Below, piece after piece: positions 49,095 through 61,990 of a stretch of DNA of 64,000 nucleotides. The DNA lies in assembly GCF_018977255.1 (NCBI RefSeq), contig NW_024704742.1, positions 23,438,001 through 23,502,000 on the forward strand, in the 5' to 3' direction. The DNA is from Callorhinchus milii (Eukaryota). Made by a program: the position numbers and the translations under genes. Position 1 is the first letter of the stretch, and each line of letters starts with the position of its first letter. The notes under the pieces were generated by a model. That model was given only the letters and a program-made list of their open reading frames with translations, had not been told where the DNA came from and did not search any database.

Positions 49095-49388
49095 ATAATA
49101 ATAATAATAATAATAATCCTTGCATTTGATATAGGGCTTTTCACGTCGGGAGGACGTCCCAAAGCGCTTCACAGAACACACTGTAAAGTGAATTGACTGT
49201 ATATTTGTGGGCGAACGCGGCAGCCAATTGCGCACAGCAATGTCCCACAAACAGTCGTGGATTGAAAATGACCAATTTATTATTGTTTTTGGAGGGATTA
49301 TTATTAGGCGTGTGGAGTAAGGAAACTTGCCCAAGGTTTCGCCCTGCCTGGAATTGAACTCAGGTCTCTCGCTTGCAAAGCGATAGAC
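49095..49388 (-). mobile_element. tRNA-derived SINE with Deu-type 3' part and (TTA)n tail, internally deleted
   Basis: B-box-like gagttcaattcc, CORE-like accttgggcaagtttccttactcc and a long (ATA)n tail. Many CpGs are retained, suggesting a young copy. It lacks ~60 bp present in the 53268 copy. Confidence 0.8.
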
Positions 49389-50504
49389 ATAATATATATG
49401 TGCATAAATAAGAGAGCGAGGGAGAAAGAAGTGCTGGCACAGTGTGGAACTACAGTGACAATACAGCTATAGCCCCTGATGGAACAATTTCTTAGTTAGT
49501 GCTGCGGTTAATTTGTATTTTGTTTGATGCTCAAATGACTGCACTATTTGCTTATTTACATTTGGGCTGGGCCCAATTAGTGCTGATCATCGGTTCTATA
49601 CTGAACCACAGCTCAATCTTTAATCAATTAAGGAGACTCCTACTAAAATGTTTCTTTAAGTTTCTGCTTGAGCTCTGGGTTTACAAAGCTGGAAATTGAA
49701 TACAAAGACTTTATCAATGAAAAAGGCAATCTCTTGTCACCTCCCCCCCTCCCCCCCCCCCCACCCCGCAAAATGCATATGCACACATGGGAGTAGTTTC
49801 AGTGTACAGAGTGACAGAGTGCAAGGAGACTTGTCTTTGTGAAGCTAGTTAAGCCTATATTGCGGTTGACGTAACGTCACTAAACTGAATAGTCTCTGCT
49901 AGTGGGTCTTATTAAACAGAATTAGAGACATCTAGGTTTTTGTCAGGGTTATTTAGCAAAGTTTTCATTTTGCAGACGTAATAATCCACACAAGGGTTTT
50001 TGGTGTTTCACAAGGTTAAATTTTTCAAGTTCACCATCTGGATATGAATTAGTGTTCATACATATTTTACACATAGAAAGTTCTGAGAAAATTATTATAA
50101 AACCACCACCCCAAGCACTGATAAAAAGTGGGGGGAAAATCTAATTTCATGAAAATCAAGCATCCTGATATTAAAACTCTTGTTACAGATACTACTTCTA
50201 GCAAATGCACTTCGAAATGAAACCAATCACTTAAGAGTTTAAAATCTAAAATCACTTAAGTCTTTAAGCCATTGAGATGACAAATCAGTGTGAAAGGACT
50301 TTAGGAATGCAACAGTGATTTGATTCGTAGAATGGTCATTTTCAAAAGCAGAAGTGATCAGGGATAAGTCGAGATAAAAATCGAATGACTGTCTTTAAAC
50401 ATTTTTCAGGTCAAATAGCTTAGTCCAAGCAGGATAAGCACCGACTGTTTGCAGCAAGCCTCATTCAGGAAAGAAACACAATGAAATTTGGTGAAAATTG
50501 TTAT

Positions 50505-50790
50505 AGAATCGTCAAATTTTACAGCACAGAATGAGACCATGCCTGTGCCGGCTCTTTGAAAGAATTACCAATGAGTTCTACTCCCCTACTCTTATCCAAT
50601 TACCCTGCAAATTATTCCTTTTTAAGTTCCTATCTGATTCCCTTTTGAAAGCTATTACCAAATATGCTTCCATTACCCTTTCAGGCAGGGCATTCAAGAC
50701 CGTAACAACTCTCTGGGTAAAACAAACCTCTTCTCATCTCCCCTCTGTTTTTTTTAACCAATTATCTTAAATCTGTATGCTTTGGTTACC
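50505..50790 (-). mobile_element. CR1-type LINE 3' fragment
   Basis: tatctgattcccttttgaaagc..ccctttcaggcagggcattc..aacaactctctgggtaaaa; the minus strand reads FTQRVVTVLNALPERVMEA. Confidence 0.6.
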
Positions 50791-51714
50791 ATTTAAACCA
50801 ACACATTTCTGCACTTGGACAAAAGAACAGATTGGCAAATCTCCTCCCCGAGTTTTAAACAGCATAAAATGTTTAAAATTGGAATACAGTTTTGATAATT
50901 TGACAAATACCATATTCCGACTTCTAGTAAGGTTTACTACAAAATAAAAAGCCCCAGTGAGAAAAATAAACGAGTTAACTGTATAGAGATTGATTCCATC
51001 AAGATGTTCTCAATTTCTGACCAAAGCACTTGCATCTGGTGTATCTGCAAATCCAGCAACAATCAAAAATGTGTAAATTAAGGAAACGTTTGTGATGGTC
51101 GAGTACCTAAACTTTAAAAATTAGAGAGAACTAAGTTTTGTGTTAGATCCCACTTCTGGAATATGTTCATGAAATGGAATTTAAAAAACTAATTTGAAAA
51201 TATCTGCTTCCAAAAGCATATAATCAAAATGAGAATGAAACAAAATGTATGTACATTTTGTGGAATGTAAACTGTAAATTTTTTATACAAAATCAACATA
51301 CAATACTGGACAACATTCAATTAAATGTACATGGCACTCGCCACAAGCAGATTGAGGACACAGAGATCCTCTTGAGAATATGTTTTTTTTCACATAAAAA
51401 TAGCAAAGAAGTACCCGAAGCTTTGGCTCCTGCGAACCTGTGCCTACTAATTTTCAGTATTAGGTAAGCAGGATGTGTCCCTCGGGTGAGAGAGTGCACA
51501 CCCTTATTGCAGACAAATGGAAAATTGTGACATTGATATGTGGAAATAGTCTGGTTTGGATACTCTTAAATTTGGTGATGGTTTCCTTATATAATATTTT
51601 TTGGCTGACAAAAAACAACTTGCATTTATAGAAGCACCCTTCACATGGGGTAGAGCATCAAAGTGTTAAAACAGAAATAACATGTTGGTGTCAGCTTGGT
51701 TATAATAAAATAAT

Positions 51715-52150
51715 ATTAATAATCCTTGCATTTGATACAGCACCTTATCACATTGCTGAGATTTCTGAAAATGCTTCACAGAATATACTGTAAAGTGAAT
51801 TGATTGTACATTTTGTGAGCAAAATGTTCATTTTGCAGAAGGATGTGGGTTCAAGCCTCATGTTGGCTCATAAACTAAACCAACAATCTGATGAAGTCCT
51901 GAAGGACTGATGCATTGTTGGAAGTGCCATCCTTCGGATGACATGTTGATTTTGTGGAACTGGTCGAAAAGAGACGGGTGTCCTGGATTTTCCTGATGTT
52001 CTGGCCAACAATCCCCCAGATTAAAAAGTAGATCATTAATTTCATGTCTGTTTGTGCATAAATTGGCACTGTGAAAAACCCTGAATGTTTTGAAACATCA
52101 TGACGTGATAAGGTGACAAGTCAAATGCAAGGATTATCATTATTTATTAT
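51715..52150. mobile_element. Head-to-head SINE pair: minus-strand tail (51715-51825) plus a decayed plus-strand Deu SINE (~51835-52150)
   Basis: aatccttgcatttga at 51721 and its reverse complement tcaaatgcaaggatt at 52121. Internal gtgggttcaagcc and gtgccatccttcggatga SINE motifs. Confidence 0.7.
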
Positions 52151-53267
52151 CGGTCCAAAGTCATTTTAGTGACAAGCATCATTTCTAAAGTGTTCATATT
52201 TTCAGATTATAAAAATCCTTACTTCACATTAACTGTACAAGTAGATCAAGTGGAGCTTTTTCAAATTTAAATCATTGGATTTTATTTTTATAAACTTAAT
52301 AATTTAAGGTTAATGGCAAAATCAATGAAAGTATAATGGTAGCAACTACAACAACAAAAAGTTGCAAATAACACCTTTCATGCGGTTGCAGTAGTTAAAC
52401 TAGAAAGAAACACCGTTTTTTACAGCACAATCCTGATGAATTAAAGTGTATTCCTGTGGAACACAAGAAATTTATAAATCTTGCTAAGGAACTTTGAAAT
52501 AAATCATTTTGGAAATGTTTTGTATTTCAAATACAAATTCAAACTTATTGGTGCAGCATCTAACATGCAGAATCAATGAAAATCTGCCAATAGATGCCAA
52601 CACATATGCTTGTATATACTCTTTGATTTGACAAAATCAGTAATAAATACAAAGTAAACATAGAAAGAAATCTGATATTAACAAGTTTGTGTTTGAGTAT
52701 ATCAATAAACAGAACAATTCATTGTGAGGTTCTCATACTAAAAAAGTGAGGATTTATTTTAATGATCATAAGGCACTTGCAGTGGAAAGCCATTTCATGT
52801 ATTGCGTGTATATTATTGTCCATTCATTTCTATAGCACAATACAAATCTCTAAATAATGCCACAACAGTAATAATAATAATTAATTTGAAATAATGTCTT
52901 TCACAATAGGAGAACATGTCAAATTGTTCACATGATTCAATGAACCCAGATGTGTGGCTCATGAACAACAGTGAGCCACACCAGTCGAAAAATGTTACAC
53001 CAGAGACATGTGTGAGTATCCAGTTTCGAACGACATACAAATCAAAGACATATGCAGCAACAGCATAGTCGTAGTGGAATCACTATAACAAAGACACTGC
53101 ATACTTGTGTATACAGATGTTGAAAACCTGATCATTTTCAAATATTCCACACTCAATTAAAACTTGCAGCGAATTTGTTAATTTTCAAATGTAACTTTGT
53201 AAACAAGCCATTGATGCTTGCACAGGTACACATGCACGCTTCCAGTATTTAACTGACACACATGTAT

Positions 53268-53660
53268 AATAATAACATAAGAATCCTTGCATTTGATGTA
53301 GCACCTTATCACAACTTCGAGGTGTCTCAAGGCGCTTTATAGAATATATTGTAAAGTGAATTGACTGTATATTGTGTGGGCAAAACGCAGCAGCTAATTG
53401 TGCACAGCAGTGTCCCACAAACAGTCATGGATTGAGTGACCAAAGAATTATTTTTTNAAAACTTATTTTTGTTTTGAAGGGATTATTACCCACGGAAAAT
53501 CAATCCACCAATCAACTAACAACCGGTTCCCACTTACTGCTTGGTAAACAGAGGCGTGTGGAGTAAGGAAACTTGGCTAACATTTCTTCCAGCCCGGGAA
53601 TCAAACCCGGGTCTTCTCACTTGCCAGGGGAGTGCTCTAACCACTTACCTACAGGACTCC
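53268..53660 (-). mobile_element. Full-length tRNA-derived SINE, same family as 49095-49388
   Basis: Head ggagtcctgtaggtaagtggttagagcactc..gggtttgattcccggg (A/B-box-like), shared body, tail aaatgcaaggattc. It resembles elephant-shark SINE2 elements as I recall them. An isolated head fragment lies at ~26991-27030 (+). Confidence 0.8.
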
Positions 53661-56600
53661 ACGGTATTTACATACAAAGAGAGTAAAGACATCATGAGGT
53701 GCAAGTTCTATTCATTTAAGTACAGCAAAAACAGTTTGTGGGAATTGTCCATTAAATATATAAATTTACGTCATTATATTGTCACTCATAAAATATGCAT
53801 CAATTAAATACACTCATTTTCTGTGATTATACAGACGAGTATTATTTTAGATGTCTACACTAAAACCCAGACCAATAGGGCAGAGATCCAGTCTTGCGAG
53901 ATGGAATTTCTGGCAATGCACTTTTTTTTTGACACCAGCTTTTTCTAGTGCTGAAAAAAAGCTGGTAAGTGCCTGAACCTGCATTGGAATCGTTTGAATC
54001 CTTCGATATCTTCTGCTTGTGGGATTGAAATCAATATCAATACTTGGCCCCTGTAAGCCAGCAAGCACAATGAGGCGGTGACATGCGATAGCAGAGTGGG
54101 ACAGCGAGAGTCTACATGCGTGTGGGCCCACGGAATTGTTTTTTATATTTCCATTTCAGATCCGGTCCAGCTGGGGGCGAGTTCCAGATAGCCTGAGTCA
54201 GGTAAGCCTGGGGTTTACAGCGTTTCAATGTAAATTTTGAAAAGCCTGACTGGGGAAATTTTTACTGCATACATAACGAGTTTAAATAGCTATGCACATG
54301 TCTGTAAGCAAACTGTCAGTGGGAATTTTCTGAGACATGCTTTCTGCTGAAGCGGCTGTGAGCCACTCCGAGACCCTTCATGAGCCACATGTGGCTTGTG
54401 GCTCCTTAGTTTGACAACCCTGCCGGTCTAAGACATGCCTGGTTCCTCACAATAACATACATCATCGGATAGACTAGTACTGGAAAACATTGGTCCCAGG
54501 AATGTGCTAAAGGCAAGGATTGCTTCCTACAGTTAAAATGTAATTTTATAACTGTATTTTTCTCAGACTCAGACTTTGAACTGAAAGCACTCCTTCTAGA
54601 CTTTCCTTCCCCTTTAGGTTTACTTTGGTGTTTGCACAGTGGAGCCTATGGTTTGCTAACCTGTTGCCGGGTGTTAATTAGCTACCCTTGTCTTACTCAA
54701 TCATGTACATGGCACCATCGATCAATCTAATCCTAGTAATGAGGGGTGGGCGAGAGACATTCTGAGCCCTGTTGTGTTGTTTGTCCATGAATCCCTGTCT
54801 CAAGAAGGTTATGCAACATTTGAGAGTTTTCAGTTTGAAGTATTTCTTACTCATCAAATAAATATAGGCTACACAACAGGGAAAAGCAGTGGCCTGATGG
54901 GAAAAAAGGTTCCAGAGCCCAATTACAATTGTGTTTATATATGTTGTAAGATGGTATATTTATACTATACATCAACTTAACTACCATATCTCAAGCAATT
55001 TAAATAAAATGTTATTTTCATCTTCCCTAATCTCAAATAAAATAGATATTTGCTCCTAGAAATTCTATAATCCCATATGTTTGTTGAGGTCATGCGCTGC
55101 ACCCCAGAAAGGTGAAACTGAGATACTCAACAGCATTTAGTAACAGGAGACATCATGTCCTTATCATAATGAGCGGTTGAATCTTAAACATTGTGTAAGC
55201 TTTGGCATCTTGATATTTACTCATTACAAGAATACGTTAGTGGGGGATCCAGAGAAACGTTCCATTCAACCATGTAACAATACCAGAAAAAGTGGTGCCT
55301 AATTAAAAACATAGGCATAAACCAGGCATAAGCATGCAAATGTACTAATCATAGATCAGCTAGAGTGTTGGTAAACTGTGTATAAAAAGCTTCACTATTC
55401 TAAACTGTTCCAAAGTTTTCTGTTAGAATCTTAGGAAAATCAGTGATCAGGCAATTGTTTCTTTCAAACCAATTTTCCTACTAACTGGGGGAATTGTGAT
55501 TTACAAAAGGTTAGCAGCAGCATTAATAAACTTATCCAGATTAAAAAATAGCATTTTTTGAAAAGCCATTGTACTGATACATTTACTCATTCTGGAATTG
55601 TACTTTCATAGTCAAATTCAAGTTACATGATCTATAATAAGTCAATATGTTAAGCTGTGATACATTACAAGATAGCAGAGATGCCAGTGCTGAATGTATA
55701 TTCTGTATCCTTTCAACCCTAGTTATATTTTACACAGACCAATGTCTAGGAAAACATTGCACTGAGAACGGGTGTCAGAGATAAATCCCAAGAGGTATTC
55801 CTGGTTTGGTTTGAAACAATACAGTATGTTTGTGAGTGGTACATCCACATACACGCACCAACATCAATTCAAGATTCATCACCCATGAGTTATTACTCTG
55901 TGGTATATATTGTATAGAATTTATTTTTAACTTTCCTTTGCTCTCAAGAAATACCTGGCAGTGCAGTAAAGCATAGTTGACTCCTTGATTGGTACTAAAG
56001 AATAATGGACTTGGAAAAATAAGAGCATGCACAATCTATCATCACAATGTGTACAATCATCAGATCACTAGCATTCTTGTGCAGTACATGCCAGAAGCCG
56101 TATGGGGAGTTCCATATACTGCACTTCAGCAATCCAGCCCCACCATTTATTAATTACTGGGTTTGTATTGCATAGAAAATATATGATGGAACATAGTTTT
56201 CCACAAAATAAAGCAATGACTAAGGTTGGGCTATTTTCCATAAACAAAGTTTTATATCTTGTTTATACCAGAAATGATTGGTTTATGGGGATTTTTGTCT
56301 TAAGCTAGAAACAAACAAAGGCTTCTGTGTGAGGCTTATTATTGCAACAGACTGATTGAGTTGATGTCCTTCGATGGGGTCTCGTGGCTGAAGAGCTCAG
56401 TATGGACGTGGAACGGTTGGTATGTACATCTTGAAGTGATGGAAAATAGTGGTAAAAGTAACATTCAGAGAGTAAATCAGCACAAATGGATATTGTACAA
56501 GAGCTTAAAAATGACAGAAATAGAAACAATGTTTCCCAAATAAACCAGTTTTACTACATGAACATGTGTGATCTAAAGCATGCTAATTGGTACAATTTGA

Positions 56601-59600
56601 TAGTTTTACTTAAGTAAATTAATACATTAATTGCTTTACTGACAATACAGGTAAGAGGGTATTAAAGCACTTTGAAACAAGTAAGAAATGGATGGCAAAA
56701 GAAGGTTCAATCCACACACATTTTAATATTCATTCCAACACTATTTGATTAAAAAAGACTAATTTATAAAGTATTTTTTAAAATCGATAAATATAACAAA
56801 AATCAGGTTCGTAAAGGAATCTGGATAGATTCTGGAGTTGGGCGAACAAGTGGCAAGTATCATCTGGTGTGGACAAATGCAAATGAGATAGGAGGCGAGC
56901 AGATTTAAGAATGATTTTAAGATGAAAGATATTAGTCTATAAGAAAAACAGGAGAGGGATTTGGGGGATTGTTAGATAAATAGACCAGTTTCTTGTTCCA
57001 ATAGACATTATCTTGGATTTATCTACTAATCATTGTGTTTATTGCTATCAATCTACACATAAGATTGGTTATTCAACAGATCTGTAGCAAAGGAACAAAG
57101 TTATTATAAGAAATAAATGGGGATAAATTCCACCTTGGACTAGGTTTATTCTATTTATGCATCCAAAATTTTACAAGTTCTTAAACCCAGTTTTAATTTT
57201 GAAACCTGTTCGTGTAAGTTTTTTTCAAGAAAAACGATCTATGATTTTTTGATAGTACACAGGTTCAATAATGTTATTAATTTGCTACAAGAATTTTAAA
57301 AAAGGTTATCCACATTCCATCCAAACAATTGCAAATTTATTATCCAAAATACTAACTATTTGCAATTAGGCAATTTGACGGCAACTTCTCAAGATTAAAA
57401 GGAGACAAATGTTCACATTTCCAATTAAAATACACAAGTTTATGCGCAAATAGAGGATAATTATTCAAACTAAGAAAACAAAAATCATAGAAAATAAAAT
57501 CTCATTTGAGAAAATCTATATATCAAGTGTTTGTTAAAATTAAAATGAAGAAAAGTAACTGAAATATAAAAACAAGATTAAGAATACACATTAAGTGATT
57601 CAGATAATCAAACAGCTACGATTCTAGGAATGAAAGATTTGGCAATAAGCTACTTTCTTTCTGCATAAGTGTACATCAATGTGAATCAATGTGAATGGTG
57701 TAGAAAAGTGTGTGCAGCCTACAGACAAGGACATCTTAAAGACATAAAAATTACAGTCTTTTTTNAATCAAATATTGCACTCCACAGCTCCATCATAGAT
57801 GAAGGTAACTCATTTATCACTGCACTGGGCATCCTTTTATAACTAATTTTACAGCATTTACATAATCATGAATACCAGCTTGACAAACAGCAGAGCAAAT
57901 ACTGCATGGTATTAATGAAGAAAAATCTTCTACCAACCAATATAATGCCTTCATAAGTTTTAAATTAAATTTGATTTCCGGCAGTATATTTTAAAAAAAA
58001 ACATTTCTTTTAAAAAAACAGCATCGACTAAGCAGTGTATTAAAGAGCAAACAAATGCTGAGCCACAAAAATAAAGCATCACACATTTATTGTTTTCGTT
58101 AAATCAAACTTTTATCAAACCCATTTGATTCACATCATCCGCCAAATTGAGAATAACCAGAGAATGTTTACATTTAATGTGTATTGGTAATTTTAGGAAG
58201 TTTGATGACATTGTGATTTCATTGTCTATTTTTTTTCTTTTTTCTGACAAAGATAAATGATTGCCATCAATCACGATCCAATCGGTAATACTGAGACTCG
58301 GGGAAATGCATCACTCTTTACTAGTTTTCATGCTATCTGTGGAACCTTCGCTTCATTTTATCCAACGAACAAAAAATTCCAGCCGAGAAACATGTCATTC
58401 ACACCCACTAGAAAATTATGTATTATAGCTTTTACCTTTAATAATCTATAGTTGCAACAGGGCCATGCTGTTTTCTGTTTCGATTGAAGGTTAGGTAAAT
58501 ATTAGAATTTAAAACTTTAATGGGAAATTGTACTATATACTTGTTATGCTGAAAACAGCTTACATTTTTTGTAAACCAAAGCAGGCTTAACGGAAATTAT
58601 GAAAACTTCCTAATAGGATTTGAAGGAAGCAGACAGGACATTGAGATACTATTAGGTTGTCAAAAGGTTGAGAAATGAAAAGATGCAATTTAAAGTGTAC
58701 AATAAACAAAAACTTCAGCTGAAGGAAATAGCCTGCAACGGACCCAAAACCTATAGGTTAAAAACAAGAGTTTCTTTGAAAGAAAATGAAGTCTTATGAA
58801 AATATCAATAGCACCTTCTCCTACCTTTTTCAATGGGCAATACCTCATGTCATTCATTAATGAATATTTGTTCAAGATTGCATTTTTCAAAATTTGAGAT
58901 GACTGCAAAGTTTTTAATTAAATGCTGAACAATGTACAAGACTGTTCTGTACAAGCAAAGGATTGCTGATCCAAATTAACGTAATAGTAAACTGACATTT
59001 TACATGGTACACGATTATAATACGAACAAATATCCTGTTAAATATGGCACTCATGCAAGTCTGATTCAGCTGAAGCTAACTAATAAATAAAATCACAGCA
59101 TTCAAAAATTTAGCTCAATGCTTTACTGAAATACGATTTCCTTTCTTCCTTCTCCTACCCCTCCAAATTTTCACCTGGATTTTATTTAGAATGTAAAATG
59201 AAAACTTCCCCAGGGTTTGAAAATAGTAAACTTCAAAAGAATCATAAAAAATGCACACTATTTTCTGATAGTACCATCTGTAAAATCTGTTCTTGAATTC
59301 AGCTCGGATTGACGGAATGGAAGTATGAAAATGTCCTCCGTATATGAAATAAACTATAGCAGTCCCAACCACTTACTAATGTGTGTGACCTACAGATCAA
59401 AGGTGCCCTAATCTGGCACTAATTAGCAAATCCATTCAAAGAAATGACAAGGGCTCTGTAGTGAATCGTGCTACCCCGACATGGAAGTGCTCATTGCTGA
59501 TTGTGGGCGACTGGAATGGTAAAACGTTCCATTTCACAGCTTTAAACCAGGATGAGACCAACAAAGTTATCAGAAACCAAAGAAATTCTCCTACCATTAA

Positions 59601-61369
59601 TGGTTTCACACTGTTCTCCGCTCCCCTGGGTTTAAGCAGGGTATAAGATGCCACAAATCATCAGTGGAGAGAAACAAGGGAAAAATCTAAACACAGTTCC
59701 TTCATCTCAGTTTTCTGAGATGTACTGCAGTTTCTGCAGTGGACTTGAGTCACAAAATATGAATTGTGTAAAGGGATGCATCAAAATGTCTGTCATTGAA
59801 AAAGGGAGGAGGACGGAAAGGAGAGAAAGGGGAAATCCAGTGAGATCTTATTCAAGATCCTAAAGGATATAGATAAAATAAATCTGCTGTTTAAGATAAT
59901 CTACTTTGGGGATAGGAAAATGAATGGTAATGATCTTTTCTTGACCCAAATATTCCCATGTTCTTATGGAAGTTTCTGCTTTTCCCATCCAGTTGCAGCT
60001 TGAGCTAGATATAATACAATAGCTTGAGCTAGATATAACACAATACTGTTCCCAAATTATCTTACGATTGTGATTGAGCACTACATCAACCTGATATTTC
60101 AACATCTATATCAGCTATCTTGTGTGGTAGCCAAATAGTGCAAAACTATGGCTTACAGTTCCCTTTTATACAAGTGTTTGTTCACTTTCCGGAATTAGGT
60201 AAGCAGGTTGCCTCCCTCCAGGGAGAGAGTGCACATTCCATTCCAAATACAGGGACATTTCCATGCGTATGTGCCATGCACATTCTTAACTCTCAGTCTG
60301 GTTTGGATACTCATAAGCATAGCAATGGGTTTCCGTGTTTCCGGACACCCACCTGACCAAAATTAACGTTTGCTGCATTATTGGGAAACATCTGAGTACT
60401 CACTTAAATCAGCAATCTGAATACAGAGATAAAATACCAAGCTCACTATGCCATAGCTATGCTAAGGATAATAGTGGCTACTTATCAATATTAATTCTAT
60501 ATTCTCTTACAAGCTCGGTCAGTAACTCTTCAAGCCGGATTTCATCATTTCATCAAAAATATTCAAAAAAACAAATAGCAAAGAAACCACATTAAAGTTT
60601 CTGAATCATATCATTTTTAATGTTTTAAAAAATATATACATTTTATTTTTAAAACTAACAATGGTAAATCTATGGCAATCAAAGCCTATTACAACATTTC
60701 AAGTCACTTCAAAAATGTAGTAGGATTTGCATGCCATAGCTTCACTATTATTATTTTAAAAAATAAAAAAAATTAACTCTCCCCACTGCACAGACAGATG
60801 AGGTAACTGCTCAGGCATCCGATCATAGCAGAGCTGAGATCTGTGGATCTCTATAATGGAAAACAGTTATGACCCTCCTCCTACTCGATGGTGAAGTAAA
60901 CTAAAATACCACAAATTGGATTCATGCACATTCACATTCTGTATTTTAAAAAAGAACCGCCTATTTTCTAAGTGTAACTAACACACATTAGATAATGTTT
61001 GGTTTTAGTGATCATCTAAATTAAAAGTACATGTCACAAATGGATTCTAGGTTACGAAGGTTGTCTAACAAATATCAACAGTTGAAATGGTTGAGTGACT
61101 TATGGTGTCTATTGTTGCATGTTATCACAGTGCACCTCAGAGTGGCTTATGGATTCTCACAGTTTAGCTGAGGTCACACAGGAGTGTGATAAATTCAATT
61201 GGGCAAGCCAAAAACCAAGGTAACTCTCTCACATTTCCTAAAGAAACAGTTTGAGCTATAATGGCAGGTTCCCAAAACAGATCAGGGAACAGTACATAAC
61301 CAGCAATTGGTGGTGGTGGTGGGGGGAGCATAACAAAGCTTTTGGTTACTGATGAGTTGGGCAAATAGA

Positions 61370-61990
61370 AAAGTGCGGCTACACTTTTTCCGCGGAATCC
61401 ACTACAAAAATCCTCATCCACTACAAACCCGCTACAGATGTAGTTTCTGGGGAGCGGGCAAGTTGGAGGGACTGCGGGATGGAGTTCCAAAGGGTAGAAG
61501 CAGAGTGGCAGAAGACCCACCCACCAAGGATGGGGAAGGCAAGGCTTGGGACATGAAGCAGACCGGAGCCCACTGAGCAGAGGGAGCGGGCAGGTTGTTA
61601 GGAGGCCACAGAGGTAGGGAGGAGTAAAGCCATGAAGGGCTTCGAAGGTGAGAACCAGGATCTTGAACTCTATCCTCTGTATGATGGGAAGCCAGAGGAT
61701 GAAGATGGAGTTGATAGGTCGCGGAGCCTGGTGCGGGAGAGGACATGGGCTGCCGAGTTCTGGATGATCTGCAGCCTATAGATGGAGGAGTTGGGGAGGC
61801 CGACAAGCCGGGAGTTTGCGAAGTTGAGCCTGGATGTTATGAATGAGTGTGTGAGGGTCTCAGCGGCCTTCAGTGTGAGGCAGTGGCAGAGCCGGCCGAC
61901 GTTGTGGAGGTGGGCGAAGGCAGAGCTGACATGGCACGGATGTAGGGTAGAAAGGATAGTTGAGGGTCAAACAAGATTCCAGATTGGTTT
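61370..61990 (-). mobile_element. L2-type LINE fragment
   Basis: Collinear with ~36000-36550: gctgccgagttctggatgatctgcagc, gaaggtgag.accaggat.ttgaactc, gagggtcaaacaaga. Confidence 0.78.

Noticed and set aside
53590..53660. tRNA-like sequence (also ~49340-49388 and ~26800-26865)
   Set aside because: These are SINE heads attached to SINE bodies, with no intact cloverleaf.
53850..54425. Possible DNA-transposon remnants: tgtctacact end, a ccagcttttt/aaaaagctgg hairpin near 53935-53965, and a hAT-like gagccacatgtggc..caaccctg end
   Set aside because: I could not identify matching terminal inverted repeats or target-site duplications.
43981..60045. Two-copy microduplications (20 bp at 43981-44020; ~24 bp near 59997-60045) and single N bases at 53457 and 57765
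   Set aside because: Ordinary slippage events and ambiguous calls at T/A-run junctions.
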